DNA of 24,000 nt from Hypericibacter terrae (GCF_008728855.1 NZ_CP042906.1:3623570-3647569); one strand, 5' to 3'; shown: positions 7,853 through 16,542, numbered from the stretch's first letter. Made by a program: numbers and translations. Notes: a model not told the origin generated them from the letters alone.

Positions 7853-8692
7853 ATGATCATTGACTCCTCCGATGAAGTATCCCGATTCGTCTGGCTCAAG
7901 CGCTTTCCCTTTCCGCGCAACTTCAATGTCACGCCGGAATCGCGCATCGAGCCAGGACACACATGGCCAGCGCCCGCCGGCGCGACACGGACGAAAGCGT
8001 TCGACATCTATCGCTACGATCCCGATTCCGGCGGCAATCCTCGCCTCGACAGGTTTTATGTTGACCTCGACGATTGCGGGCCGATGGTTCTCGATGCGCT
8101 GATCTGGATCAAGAACAAGGTGGATTCGACGCTCGCCTTCCGCCGCTCATGCCGCGAAGGTGTGTGCGGCTCCTGCTCCATGACCATGGACGGCACCAAC
8201 TGGCTGGCCTGCACGCGTTTCAGCTCGGACATGGCGACCCCGGCGACGATTTACCCGCTCGCCAATATGAGAGTCGTCAAAGACCTCGTTCCCGACCAGA
8301 CCCACGTCTTCGCGCAATACGCGGCGATCCAGCCTTGGCTCCGCTCTAAAACGCCCGAGCCCGAGAAGGAGCGACTTCAGTCTGTCGAGGAGCGCGGCCG
8401 GATCGACGGCTATTACGAATGTATCCTCTGCTTCTGCTGCACCTCGGGATGTCCGAGCCACTGGTGGAACGGCGATCGTTTTCTTGGACCAGCGGTACTT
8501 CTTCAGGCGTGGCGCTGGCTGACCGACAGCCGCGACGAGGCAAAGGAAGAGCGGCTCGATAATCTCGAAGACCCATTCCGGCTGTATCGGTGCCACACCA
8601 TCCTCAACTGCACCCGGACCTGTCCGAAGGGATTGAACCCCGGCAAGGCCATCGCCGAGATCAAAAAGATGATCGTCGAGCGCGAGAGCTGA
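7853..8692 (+). CDS. sdhB: succinate dehydrogenase/fumarate reductase iron-sulfur subunit
   Basis: All three cluster motifs are present: [38 protein letters not shown] and [21 protein letters not shown] lies 6 nt upstream of ATG 7853. The N-terminus is about 20 aa longer than recalled rhizobial SdhB. Confidence 0.93.
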   Translation: MIIDSSDEVSRFVWLKRFPFPRNFNVTPESRIEPGHTWPAPAGATRTKAFDIYRYDPDSGGNPRLDRFYVDLDDCGPMVLDALIWIKNKVDSTLAFRRSCREGVCGSCSMTMDGTNWLACTRFSSDMATPATIYPLANMRVVKDLVPDQTHVFAQYAAIQPWLRSKTPEPEKERLQSVEERGRIDGYYECILCFCCTSGCPSHWWNGDRFLGPAVLLQAWRWLTDSRDEAKEERLDNLEDPFRLYRCHTILNCTRTCPKGLNPGKAIAEIKKMIVERES

Positions 8693-8694
8693 CC

Positions 8695-9114
8695 ATGGAC
8701 ATCAAGACGATCGCGCCTGCAACGCCGCAGCGTCGCCCGCTGTCACCCAACATTCAGCATTACCGGCCACAACTGACATCAGTTCTGTCGATCGCGAATC
8801 GCATCACCGGGGTCATCCTGAGCGTCGGCGCCGTTGGCCTAGTGATCTGGTTGAGTGCCGCTGCCGCCGGGGCTGAGCCCTACGCCGCCGTCCAGCAAGC
8901 GATCGGCTCGTGGATCGGCCGCTTCGTGTTGTTCGGCTGCACCTTCGCCTTCTTCCTGCACCTATGCGGCGGCATACGTCATCTCGTGTGGGACACCGTG
9001 CACGGCTTCGAGCTGCGTTCGATTTATATCTCGGGATGGTCGGTGGTGGCGGCGAGCATCGCGCTCACCGTGGCGGCCTGGGCGGCTGGTCTTTGCGTCG
9101 GCGGGGGGCTCTGA
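8695..9114 (+). CDS. sdhC: succinate dehydrogenase cytochrome b556 subunit
   Basis: RPLSPNIQHYRPQLTSVLSIANRITG and the heme-ligand region HLCGGIRHLVWD. ATG 8695 lies 2 nt after the sdhB stop. Confidence 0.9.
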   Translation: MDIKTIAPATPQRRPLSPNIQHYRPQLTSVLSIANRITGVILSVGAVGLVIWLSAAAAGAEPYAAVQQAIGSWIGRFVLFGCTFAFFLHLCGGIRHLVWDTVHGFELRSIYISGWSVVAASIALTVAAWAAGLCVGGGL

Positions 9115-9500
9115 TGAATCGCTCCTCCTTCCGCTCTCCGCTAGGACGCGCCATCGGGCTGGGCTCGGCGAAAAGCGGCTCGCAACACTGGCTGGTACAA
9201 CGGGTAACCGCGGTCGCGTTGGTGCCGCTGACACTGTGGTTCGTGGCGTCCATCATCGCCCATGCCGGTAGCGATTACACGACCTTCATCGCCTGGCTGA
9301 GGACACCGTTCGCTGCAGGGGGCATGATCCTGTTGCTGATCGCTCTCTTTCATCACGCCGCGCTCGGCCTGCAGGTAGTGATCGAGGATTATGTTCACTC
9401 GGGCGCCAGATTTGCGGCGGTGATCGCGATCCAGCTTTGCTGCTACGGTCTCGCCGTGACTGGGATCGTCGCGACGCTGCGTATCGCGTTCGGCGGTTGA
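9114..9500 (+). CDS. sdhD: succinate dehydrogenase hydrophobic membrane anchor subunit
   Basis: SPLGRAIGLGSAKSGSQHWLVQRVTAVALVPL and HHAALGLQVVIEDYVH. The start overlaps the sdhC stop as TGATG. Confidence 0.9.
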   Translation: MNRSSFRSPLGRAIGLGSAKSGSQHWLVQRVTAVALVPLTLWFVASIIAHAGSDYTTFIAWLRTPFAAGGMILLLIALFHHAALGLQVVIEDYVHSGARFAAVIAIQLCCYGLAVTGIVATLRIAFGG

Positions 9501-10082
9501 GTAGAGGCGGCGGCGATCGCGTGATTCCGGCTGCGGAGTTGCGGCCGGATAGAGGATCGTGCCGTCGCAGCCCACGGCGGCGCCCGGTGTCAGGCTGGCC
9601 CCGTCGACATGCGATGGTCCCGTGATGTGCATCACACGCTCGCCTTGGCTGAGCAGATAATCGGTGATAATGCGCCGATGACAGCGCCACCAGACGGCCT
9701 CGGCGCACATGATTGCGTACCGGTGCTGGCCGCCCAGTTCCCGCAGTCGCGCAAGGCCTGCGGCAAAGGGCGTCGTCAGGGCATAGTCGGCATAGTTACG
9801 AAAGCCGCGCACCCGCCAATAGGCATTTGGAGAGGGTTCGCCGCCACGCGTCTTTCCGCGAAGGCCGCCAAATTCCGCGATGTGTTCATAGCCGATTTGC
9901 CAAAGCGCCAGCGTTTCGGGGAGGCTATCACCGTTGAATTGCGGATTGGTGCGCGACCGCGGCATCGATCTCACGTCAACCACGAAATTGACGCGGAATT
10001 CCCGGAGGAGATCGACGAATTCGGCGATCTCCCTGGTAGAATGGCCGATGGTGAAGAATGTGTTCGTGTCGGCTCCGGTGAT
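9141..10082 (-). pseudogene. DUF488 domain gene, apparently degenerate (no canonical start for the conserved N-terminus; reads through antisense to sdhD)
   Basis: Hallmarks FFTIGHSTREIAEFVDLL, VVDVRSMPRSRTNPQFN and IMCAEAVWWRCHRRIITDYL. The frame is open from 10121, but the first ATG/GTG/TTG is GTG 9983, inside the domain. Family-like sequence ends near 9530 (GTILYP), yet the frame runs on to 9141 across sdhD. Confidence 0.55.
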
Positions 10083-10219
10083 ATGGCGGCAGCGGTCAAC
10101 CGCGGCGGCATTGCCGCAGAATTATGGTCAAAACACATTGTTTCAACGCTGGCTTTGGGCGCATGCTAGACGCGAGAAAAACTCGTTTGTGTCGCTCGAG
10201 GATCCGAAAGCGCTCGGAA

Positions 10220-10441
10220 ATGATCCTGAAAGCCAAATTCAAGATCGGTGATCATGTGAGCTGGAATTCGGAGGCCGGGCGCGTCAGCGGCGTGATCGTT
10301 CGCGTCCATACGCGCAATTTCGATGTTAACGGCTATACGCATCATGCAAGCGCGGAAGCGCCGCAATACGAGATCAAGAGCAGCAAGACCGAGCACGTCG
10401 CCTTCCACAAAGGCGCGGCGCTCACCCGACTTCGCGACTGA
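10220..10441 (+). CDS. DUF2945 (Hva1-type TUDOR domain) protein
   Basis: KFKIGDHVSWNSEAGRVSGVIVRVHTRNFDVNGYTHHASAEAPQYEIKSSKTEHVAFHKGAALT matches the recalled DUF2945 consensus. I prefer the internal ATG 10220. Confidence 0.8.
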   Translation: MILKAKFKIGDHVSWNSEAGRVSGVIVRVHTRNFDVNGYTHHASAEAPQYEIKSSKTEHVAFHKGAALTRLRD

Positions 10442-10461
10442 CACTCCGCCAGGCGCGATCG

Positions 10462-12216
10462 ATGACAGAAAGCGATCGCCCGATGCCCACGACTTCCCAG
10501 CCTCCCTCGCCCGAACCGCTTCGTGCCAGTCTTAGCGATGCGGACGATCGCATCCGTCTCAATCACTGGATGCCGCCGCAACAGGGAATTTTTCCGCGCA
10601 TCCGGATTGGGAGCCGCTGGATCAATACCTTGTGGGTGCTGCCGGTCGGAGCAGCGGCGCTGCTCTGCCTGATCGCGCTGGCGCAAAGCCTGCGCGAACT
10701 GCCAAGCGTCGCGGCCTTTATTCAAAACCATCCCGGCATCGCGCAATCGGCGCCGCCGGTCGACACGGGCTTTCCGTGGTGGCTACAGCTCCAGCACTTC
10801 CTGAACATGTTCTTCATGCTGTTCATCATGCGGGCCGGCCTGCAAATTCTGGCCGACCATCCACGGCTCTATTGGGGCCGCGACTGCACTCCGGGGAGCG
10901 ATTGGTTCCGGTTCCAGGTGCCGGTACCGAAGGGCCGCATCTGGACTGCCAAGGATGATTCCGTCACACTGCCGACGTGGCTCGGGATTCCCGGATTGCG
11001 CCATACGCTCGGGCTGTCGCGCTGGTGGCACTTCTCGATCAACCTGTTGTGGCTGATCAACGGCATTGCGTTTTATGCGCTGCTGTTTTCGACCGACCAG
11101 TGGCACCGGCTGGTGCCGCTGACCTGGGAGGTTTTTCCCGCAACGCTCTCAACAGCGATCCAATACGCCTCGCTGAACTTCCCGGTCGATGAAGGCTGGA
11201 CCCGCTACAACGGCCTCCAGCAGTTCAGCTACTTCGTCACCGTCTTCGTCGCGGCACCCGTCTCGATCGTCACCGGGTTGATGCAGAGCCCGGCGATCTC
11301 CAATGCGCTTGGCTGGTTTGGCCGGCTGTTCAACCGGCAGGCGATGCGGTCGGTTCACTTCATTTCGTTCGCGTGGTTCGTCGGCTTCATCCTGGCGCAT
11401 GGCGCCATGGTGTTCGTCACCGGCATCCGGCAGAACACCAATCACATGTTCGGCGGCGTCGATGACGCCTCCTGGACAGGGTTCCCACTCTTCCTCCTTG
11501 CGATGGCCATCATGTTTGTCGCCTGGCTCGCCGTCTCGCCTCTCACCATCCGCTACGCGCATCTCGTGCAGCGCTCGGGAGCGTTCATGATCGGCTGGCT
11601 CATGGGGCTGGCCGAAGGTTGGGACCCGCACTCGCAGCTAACCAAGAAGGACATCTCGCCGTATTTCTGGCCGAACGGCACGATGCCTAACTCGAAAGAA
11701 TTCGAGGATTTCTTGGCGGAGAACTTCGCCAGATACCGGCTCCGGATCAGCGGCCTCGTCGAGGCACCACAGGAGTTCTCCCTCGCAGATATCAAGGCGA
11801 TGGCGAAGCAGGAGCAGATCACGACGCATTTCTGCATTCAGGGCTGGTCCGGCGTCGCCGAATGGGGTGGGGTTCCCATGAGCGATATTCTCGCCTTGGT
11901 GAAGCCGACTCCCGAAGCCCGCTATGCCGTGTTCTACTCTCTGGCCGACGGGGCCGATGGCGGCCGTTATTACGACGTCCATAAAATCGAGAACATGAGG
12001 CACGAACTGACAATCCTCGCCTACGAGATGAACGGGGCGCCTGTCAGCGTTCTGCATGGCGCGCCGTTGCGGCTGCGTTGCGAGAACGAACTCGGCTTCA
12101 AGATGGTCAAATGGGTCGTAGCGATCGAGTTCGTGGCGGACTTTGCCGATCTCGGCGCCGGCCAGGGCGGCTACAATGAGGACCACGAATTTTACGGCTA
12201 CCGGATGCCGATTTGA
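10462..12216 (+). CDS. fusion protein: multi-pass cytochrome-b-like membrane domain plus sulfite-oxidase/MsrP-type molybdopterin oxidoreductase domain
   Basis: The N-terminal ~380 aa contain about six hydrophobic helices with conserved His residues (LQHFLNMFF, ADHP, WWHFSINLLW, VHFISFAWFVGFILAHG). The C-terminus carries the Moco-domain motif ITTHFCIQGWSGVAEWGGVPMSDIL and GAPLRLRCENELGFKMVKWV. Confidence 0.85.
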   Translation: MTESDRPMPTTSQPPSPEPLRASLSDADDRIRLNHWMPPQQGIFPRIRIGSRWINTLWVLPVGAAALLCLIALAQSLRELPSVAAFIQNHPGIAQSAPPVDTGFPWWLQLQHFLNMFFMLFIMRAGLQILADHPRLYWGRDCTPGSDWFRFQVPVPKGRIWTAKDDSVTLPTWLGIPGLRHTLGLSRWWHFSINLLWLINGIAFYALLFSTDQWHRLVPLTWEVFPATLSTAIQYASLNFPVDEGWTRYNGLQQFSYFVTVFVAAPVSIVTGLMQSPAISNALGWFGRLFNRQAMRSVHFISFAWFVGFILAHGAMVFVTGIRQNTNHMFGGVDDASWTGFPLFLLAMAIMFVAWLAVSPLTIRYAHLVQRSGAFMIGWLMGLAEGWDPHSQLTKKDISPYFWPNGTMPNSKEFEDFLAENFARYRLRISGLVEAPQEFSLADIKAMAKQEQITTHFCIQGWSGVAEWGGVPMSDILALVKPTPEARYAVFYSLADGADGGRYYDVHKIENMRHELTILAYEMNGAPVSVLHGAPLRLRCENELGFKMVKWVVAIEFVADFADLGAGQGGYNEDHEFYGYRMPI

Positions 12217-12285
12217 TCGTTCGTGGGAGCGCCGGTCGTGGCAAAGAGGCTTGACCGGCGACAAGAGGATGCGGGAGCTGAAACG

Positions 12286-12795
12286 ATGATCGTCGAGGAT
12301 ATATTGCCTTGCGCGATCGAACGTCTGGCCTTGATCGAAGCAGGAGCACCGGTCAGGGACGCGGCCGCGCTCATGTCTAAGCCGCATACCGACCTCATCG
12401 TTGTGTGCAATCATGGCGACATGGTCGGTGTTTTGACAAAGACCGACATCGTCGGCCAGATCGGTGGCTGCACGGGCGCCGGCTGCACGGCCAGGGTGGA
12501 TAGCATCATGACCCGCAATGTCACCTATTGCCGGACACACGAGACATTGCTCGACGTGTGTTCGGTGATGAGGGAACGAGGTCTGCAACGTGTTCCGATC
12601 CTTGACGAAGCACACCGGCCACTCGGCATCACCTATGCGCGGGAAGCCTTGCAGGCTCTGCTTTCGGAGTCAGAGAACCAGGATGAGTTGCTTCGCGATT
12701 ACATGTCCGGGGTCGGGTATCGGGAAGCTGAGCGAAGCGACCATCGCCAGTTCTGGCTATTCACCGATGGATATATGCGCCGACACGAATATTGA
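12286..12795 (+). CDS. CBS domain-containing protein
   Basis: Two CBS repeats (MIVEDIL...DLIVVCNHGDMVGVLTKTDIV and SIMTRNVTYC...RGLQRVPILDEAHRPLGITYAREAL). GGGAG lies upstream of ATG 12286. GTG 12223 is an alternative start. Confidence 0.8.
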   Translation: MIVEDILPCAIERLALIEAGAPVRDAAALMSKPHTDLIVVCNHGDMVGVLTKTDIVGQIGGCTGAGCTARVDSIMTRNVTYCRTHETLLDVCSVMRERGLQRVPILDEAHRPLGITYAREALQALLSESENQDELLRDYMSGVGYREAERSDHRQFWLFTDGYMRRHEY

Positions 12796-12806
12796 AAGGA
12801 GTTGCG

Positions 12807-13154
12807 ATGCCCCGTCAGAAGTCAGGTGACTTCAATCAGCGTCAACAGGCGTTATCGAGATGGGATAACGAAGGCGGAGCCGCCGGTCCCGTGATGGCTC
12901 CGACCGCTGACGAACAACAAATCCCAACTCCAAACATGAGCAATGCTGATCTGGTGGCGCTGCGTGTCCGGGTTATCGCGCTGGAGAATTTGCTGATTGC
13001 GTTGCTCGCCACGGCATCGAATCAGCAGCTCGAACTCGCGCGCGAAATGGCCGGATACATCTCGCCGAGGCCAGGCTTTACCCTTCATCCACTGACCATA
13101 CATGCCGCCGCCCATATGATTGATCTCATTGAGCGGCCGTCGCGCTTCCGATGA
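12807..13154 (+). CDS. hypothetical protein with N-terminal WDNEGGA motif
   Basis: AAGGAG lies 5 nt upstream of ATG 12807. The LSRWDNEGGA motif is typical of a family of small proteobacterial proteins of unknown function. The C-terminal half is helical. Confidence 0.7.
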   Translation: MPRQKSGDFNQRQQALSRWDNEGGAAGPVMAPTADEQQIPTPNMSNADLVALRVRVIALENLLIALLATASNQQLELAREMAGYISPRPGFTLHPLTIHAAAHMIDLIERPSRFR

Positions 13155-13209
13155 CGTGGAAGCCCTTTGATCGATGTGACGGACGCCGCTCCATGCACCA
13201 CGGGATATT

Positions 13210-13244
13210 CGGCTGCGGCTCCGTGAAGCCGCAACCGGTTTTTT
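13210..13244 (+). terminator. Rho-independent terminator closing the 10220-13154 operon
   Basis: CGGCTGCGGCT / AGCCGCAACCG form an 11-bp stem with one mismatch and a 6-nt loop, followed by G and TTTTTT. It lies 56 nt after the stop at 13154. Confidence 0.6.
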
Positions 13245-13419
13245 CAGGCCGCATGCGGCATGCGAGACGTGAAGGTAGCCCGGGAAATCGAGATCTTGGT
13301 GCAGCGGGATCTGCTTGCGACGTCTATTCGCGCATCGCGCTGCCAATCGAAGACAATCGGAAAGCAATGCGACGCCAAGGTATTCTATGATCTCCTAGAC
13401 TATCCTAAATTACTTTCCT

Positions 13420-14967
13420 TCACTCCCATTCGATCGTCCCCGGCGGCTTCGAGGTAACGTCATAGACCACGCGGTTGATGCCGCGCACCTCGTTGACGAT
13501 GCGGGTCGAGACGCGGCCGAGGAAGTCCATCGGGAAGGGGAAGAAGTCGGCGGTCATGCCGTCGGTCGAGGTGACGGCGCGCAAGGCGCAGACGCGGTCA
13601 TAAGTGCGGGCGTCCCCCATCACGCCCACAGTGCGCACCGGCAGCAGCACGGCGAAGGCCTGCCAGATTGCGTCATAGAGGCCGGCATTCTCGATCTCCT
13701 GCAGATAGATCGCGTCGGCCTTGCGCAGGATGTCGAGCTTCTCCTTGTCGATGTCGCCCATCACGCGGATGGCGAGACCCGGTCCCGGGAAGGGATGGCG
13801 GCGCACCATGCGCTCCGGCAATCCCAGCTCGCGGCCCAGCGCGCGCACCTCGTCCTTGAAGAGCTCGCGCAGCGGCTCGACCAGCTTCATGCGCATGCGT
13901 TCCGGCAGGCCGCCCACATTGTGGTGGGACTTGATCGTCACGCTGGGGCCGCCGGTGAAGGAGACGGATTCGATCACGTCGGGATAGAGCGTGCCCTGCG
14001 CCAGGAAATCGGCGCCGCCGATCTTCTTCGCCTCCTCCTCGAACACGTCGATGAAGAGTCGGCCGATGGTCTTGCGCTTGAGCTCGGGCTCCTCGAGCAG
14101 CGCCAGCTCACCCAGGAACAGATGCGAGGCGTCGCGATGCACCAGCGGGATGTTGTAATGGCCGCGGAAGAGCTCGACCACCTGCTCCGCCTCGCCTTCG
14201 CGCAGCAGGCCGTGATCGACGAAGATGCAGGTGAGCTGCTCGCCGATCGCCTCATGGATCAGCACGGCCGCCACCGAGGAATCCACGCCGCCCGAAAGCC
14301 CGCAGATGACGCGGCCCTTGCCGACCTGCTTGCGGATCGCCTCGACCGCCTGCTGGCGGAAGGCGGCCATGGTCCAGTCGCCTTTGGCGCCCGAGACGCG
14401 GCGCACGAAATTCGAGATCAGCTTGGCGCCGTCGGGGGTATGCACCACCTCGGGATGGAACTGCACGCCATACATCTTGCGGCTGTCGTCGGCGATGGCG
14501 GCGAAGGGCGCGCCGTCGCTGACCGCCACCGGGCGGAAGCCCGGCGGCAGCTTCACCACCTTGTCGCCGTGGCTCATCCAGACCTGGTGCCGCTCGCCCG
14601 GATTCCAGAGGCCCTCGAACAGGTCGCAAGGCTCCTTGATCTCGATCACCGCGCGGCCGAACTCGCGGGCCTCGCCGCGCTCGACCTTGCCGCCGAGCTG
14701 CTCGCAGATCGCCTGCTCGCCATAGCAGATGCCCAGCACCGGCGTGCCGAGCTCGAAGGCCTCGTGCGGCGCCTTGGGCGCGTCGCCCTCATAGATCGAG
14801 GCCGGGCCGCCCGACAGGATCACGCCCTTGGGCTTGAAGTTCTTGATGCGCTCCGGGGCGGCGTTGAAGGGGAGGATCTCGCAATAGACCCCCGCCTCGC
14901 GCACGCGCCGCGCTATGAGCTGGGTGACTTGGGAACCGAAATCGAGGATCAGGATGCGATCGGTCAT
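13420..14967 (-). CDS. guaA: glutamine-hydrolysing GMP synthase
   Basis: 515 aa. GATase motif GICYGEQ, PP-loop SGGVDSSV and the universal C-terminus KPPGTIEWE. Confidence 0.97.
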   Translation of the reverse strand: MTDRILILDFGSQVTQLIARRVREAGVYCEILPFNAAPERIKNFKPKGVILSGGPASIYEGDAPKAPHEAFELGTPVLGICYGEQAICEQLGGKVERGEAREFGRAVIEIKEPCDLFEGLWNPGERHQVWMSHGDKVVKLPPGFRPVAVSDGAPFAAIADDSRKMYGVQFHPEVVHTPDGAKLISNFVRRVSGAKGDWTMAAFRQQAVEAIRKQVGKGRVICGLSGGVDSSVAAVLIHEAIGEQLTCIFVDHGLLREGEAEQVVELFRGHYNIPLVHRDASHLFLGELALLEEPELKRKTIGRLFIDVFEEEAKKIGGADFLAQGTLYPDVIESVSFTGGPSVTIKSHHNVGGLPERMRMKLVEPLRELFKDEVRALGRELGLPERMVRRHPFPGPGLAIRVMGDIDKEKLDILRKADAIYLQEIENAGLYDAIWQAFAVLLPVRTVGVMGDARTYDRVCALRAVTSTDGMTADFFPFPMDFLGRVSTRIVNEVRGINRVVYDVTSKPPGTIEWE

Positions 14968-14993
14968 GACGCCCTTTCAGCGGAAGGCGCGCA

Positions 14994-15608
14994 TCATTCC
15001 CGGTTCGCCCCCGCCTCGCAAGCGGCGATGAGGGCGCGGATGTCGCGCCAGCCATAGGCCGTTTCCCGCGGCGTGCAGTCGGCCATAAGCACTTGTCCGG
15101 ACGCGATGATTTCGCCGCCGATCCGGGCGAAGAAGGGCCGGTTGGGATTGTCCTGGAAACACCAGACCAGAAGCCGTTCGGCGCCGTCGGCCGCCAGGCG
15201 GGCGGCGAGCGCGCTCACGAGTCGCCGGCCCCAGCCCTTCCGCTGCCAGTCTGGCGCCAGATAGACGGTGTAGATCTCGGCGCATTTGCGCTCGGACGGC
15301 CCGTCGATGGCGCCCTCGATCGGGCCCTCATGCGGCCGCACCGGTCCGCCGGCGGCGAAGCCCACCACCCGGTCGGCCGCCTCGAGCACGAAGGCGAAGC
15401 AGCCCTTCTTCTCGCGGGCGAGCTTGCGGCGCCAGGTCTGCCGGCGCCAGTTCTCGTCGCGCGCGGCGATCGCATCGGGTGGCAGGAAACCCGCATAGCA
15501 GCGCCGCCAGCCCTCGGCATGGATCTCGGCGATCGCGTCGGCGTCGAAGATCTCGGCTTCGCGCAGGCGGGTGGTGGATTTCTTGAGGACGGGACCCTTC
15601 ATGCTCAT
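14994..15608 (-). CDS. GNAT family N-acetyltransferase
   Basis: Acetyl-CoA motif YLAPDWQRKGWGRRLVSAL. It is a paralogue of the next gene. The start is ambiguous (ATG at 15629, 15608 or 15602) and no clear RBS is visible. Confidence 0.8.
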   Translation of the reverse strand: MSMKGPVLKKSTTRLREAEIFDADAIAEIHAEGWRRCYAGFLPPDAIAARDENWRRQTWRRKLAREKKGCFAFVLEAADRVVGFAAGGPVRPHEGPIEGAIDGPSERKCAEIYTVYLAPDWQRKGWGRRLVSALAARLAADGAERLLVWCFQDNPNRPFFARIGGEIIASGQVLMADCTPRETAYGWRDIRALIAACEAGANRE

Positions 15609-15650
15609 GCGCGGGAGTGTATCATGCATGGAGGTTTGGGCACGCGCAGG

Positions 15651-16214
15651 TCAGGCGCGGCGCGTCCGGTCGCCGCGGCAGGCCGGCGGCAGCACGGAGA
15701 GGTCGGGCCAGCCATAGGCGATCTCCGGCAGCGCCACCTGCCAGAGCTTCTCCTCGCGCTCGCCGATGCGCTCGCCGCCCATGGCCTCGTAGAAGAAGCG
15801 CGAGGGATTCTGCGACAGCACCCAGAGGAAGGCCCCGGTCCGGCCGCTGCGCTTGAGCCAGCGCAGCGAGGAGCAGAGCAGGCGCCTTCCGATCCCCTGC
15901 TCCTGCCAGTCGGGATGGACATAGAGGGTGTGGATCTCGCCGTCGATCCCGAGGGCGCCGCTGTCGGCGCGCCCGCAGGAGGCGAAGCCGACCAAGCCCG
16001 CCTGGGGCATCTCGGCCACCAGCACCACCTCGCCGGTCTGCGGCCGCAGCAGCATGCGCCGCCATTGCGAGGCCTTGCCGTCGGCCGACATCTCGACCAG
16101 CACCTGGTCGGGCACGATGCCCGCATAGGTCGCGCGCCAGGTCTCGACATGGACGCGCCCGATGGAGCGCGCATCCGCGGGGCCGGCGCGCCGGATCCGA
16201 AGTTCATCGATCAT
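15651..16214 (-). CDS. GNAT family N-acetyltransferase
   Basis: YVHPDWQEQGIGRRLLCSSL. It is collinear with the 14994-15608 product (ETWRATYAGIVP vs EGWRRCYAGFLP; EIAYGWPDL vs ETAYGWRDI). I prefer ATG 16214 (MIDELRIRRAG). Confidence 0.8.
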   Translation of the reverse strand: MIDELRIRRAGPADARSIGRVHVETWRATYAGIVPDQVLVEMSADGKASQWRRMLLRPQTGEVVLVAEMPQAGLVGFASCGRADSGALGIDGEIHTLYVHPDWQEQGIGRRLLCSSLRWLKRSGRTGAFLWVLSQNPSRFFYEAMGGERIGEREEKLWQVALPEIAYGWPDLSVLPPACRGDRTRRA

Positions 16215-16311
16215 GGGGAACAAAATGTAAGGGCCGGCGGGTTCTGTCAAACGGGGTTGAGCGGAGCTCGGGCTGACGCCCTCGCAATTATCCGTCACGG
16301 TGAAAGAGGTC

Positions 16312-16353
16312 CACGCCCCCTCCCCATGCGGGAGGGGGTAGGGGGAGGGGTGA
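16312..16353 (+). repeat. G/C-rich hairpin repeat R1 (CCCCTCCCC-N-GGGAGGGGG type)
   Basis: It matches R6 (22126-22167) at 41 of 42 nt and contains a self-complementary CCCCCTCCCC/GGGAGGGGG stem. Confidence 0.85.
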
Positions 16354-16542
16354 TCGTGGAACGCGCTTTCGCCCTTCTGTCATGCCCGGACTTGATCCAC
16401 GGCTGTCCGGTTGAGGTTTCTCCGAGATTGTTTAGAGCGCGGACTTGGAACGCAGAATGCGCATCTGGCCTCGTTCGGGTCACGAGACTCCGAAACTGAG
16501 TCCACCCCTTCAACGTCTCTGCCTTTCACCACGTCATCTTGT

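Noticed and set aside
11638-12615. 325-aa minus-strand ORF
   Set aside because: It is antisense to the 3' part of the Moco oxidoreductase and to the CBS gene. It has no motifs.
13795-15057. 420-aa plus-strand ORF
   Set aside because: It is antisense to guaA, which is unambiguous.
15093-16499. 468-aa plus-strand ORF, and the 200-aa and 147-aa minus-strand alternative frames at 15605-16207
   Set aside because: They are antisense or out of frame relative to the two GNAT genes. Only the GNAT frames show acetyl-CoA-binding motifs.
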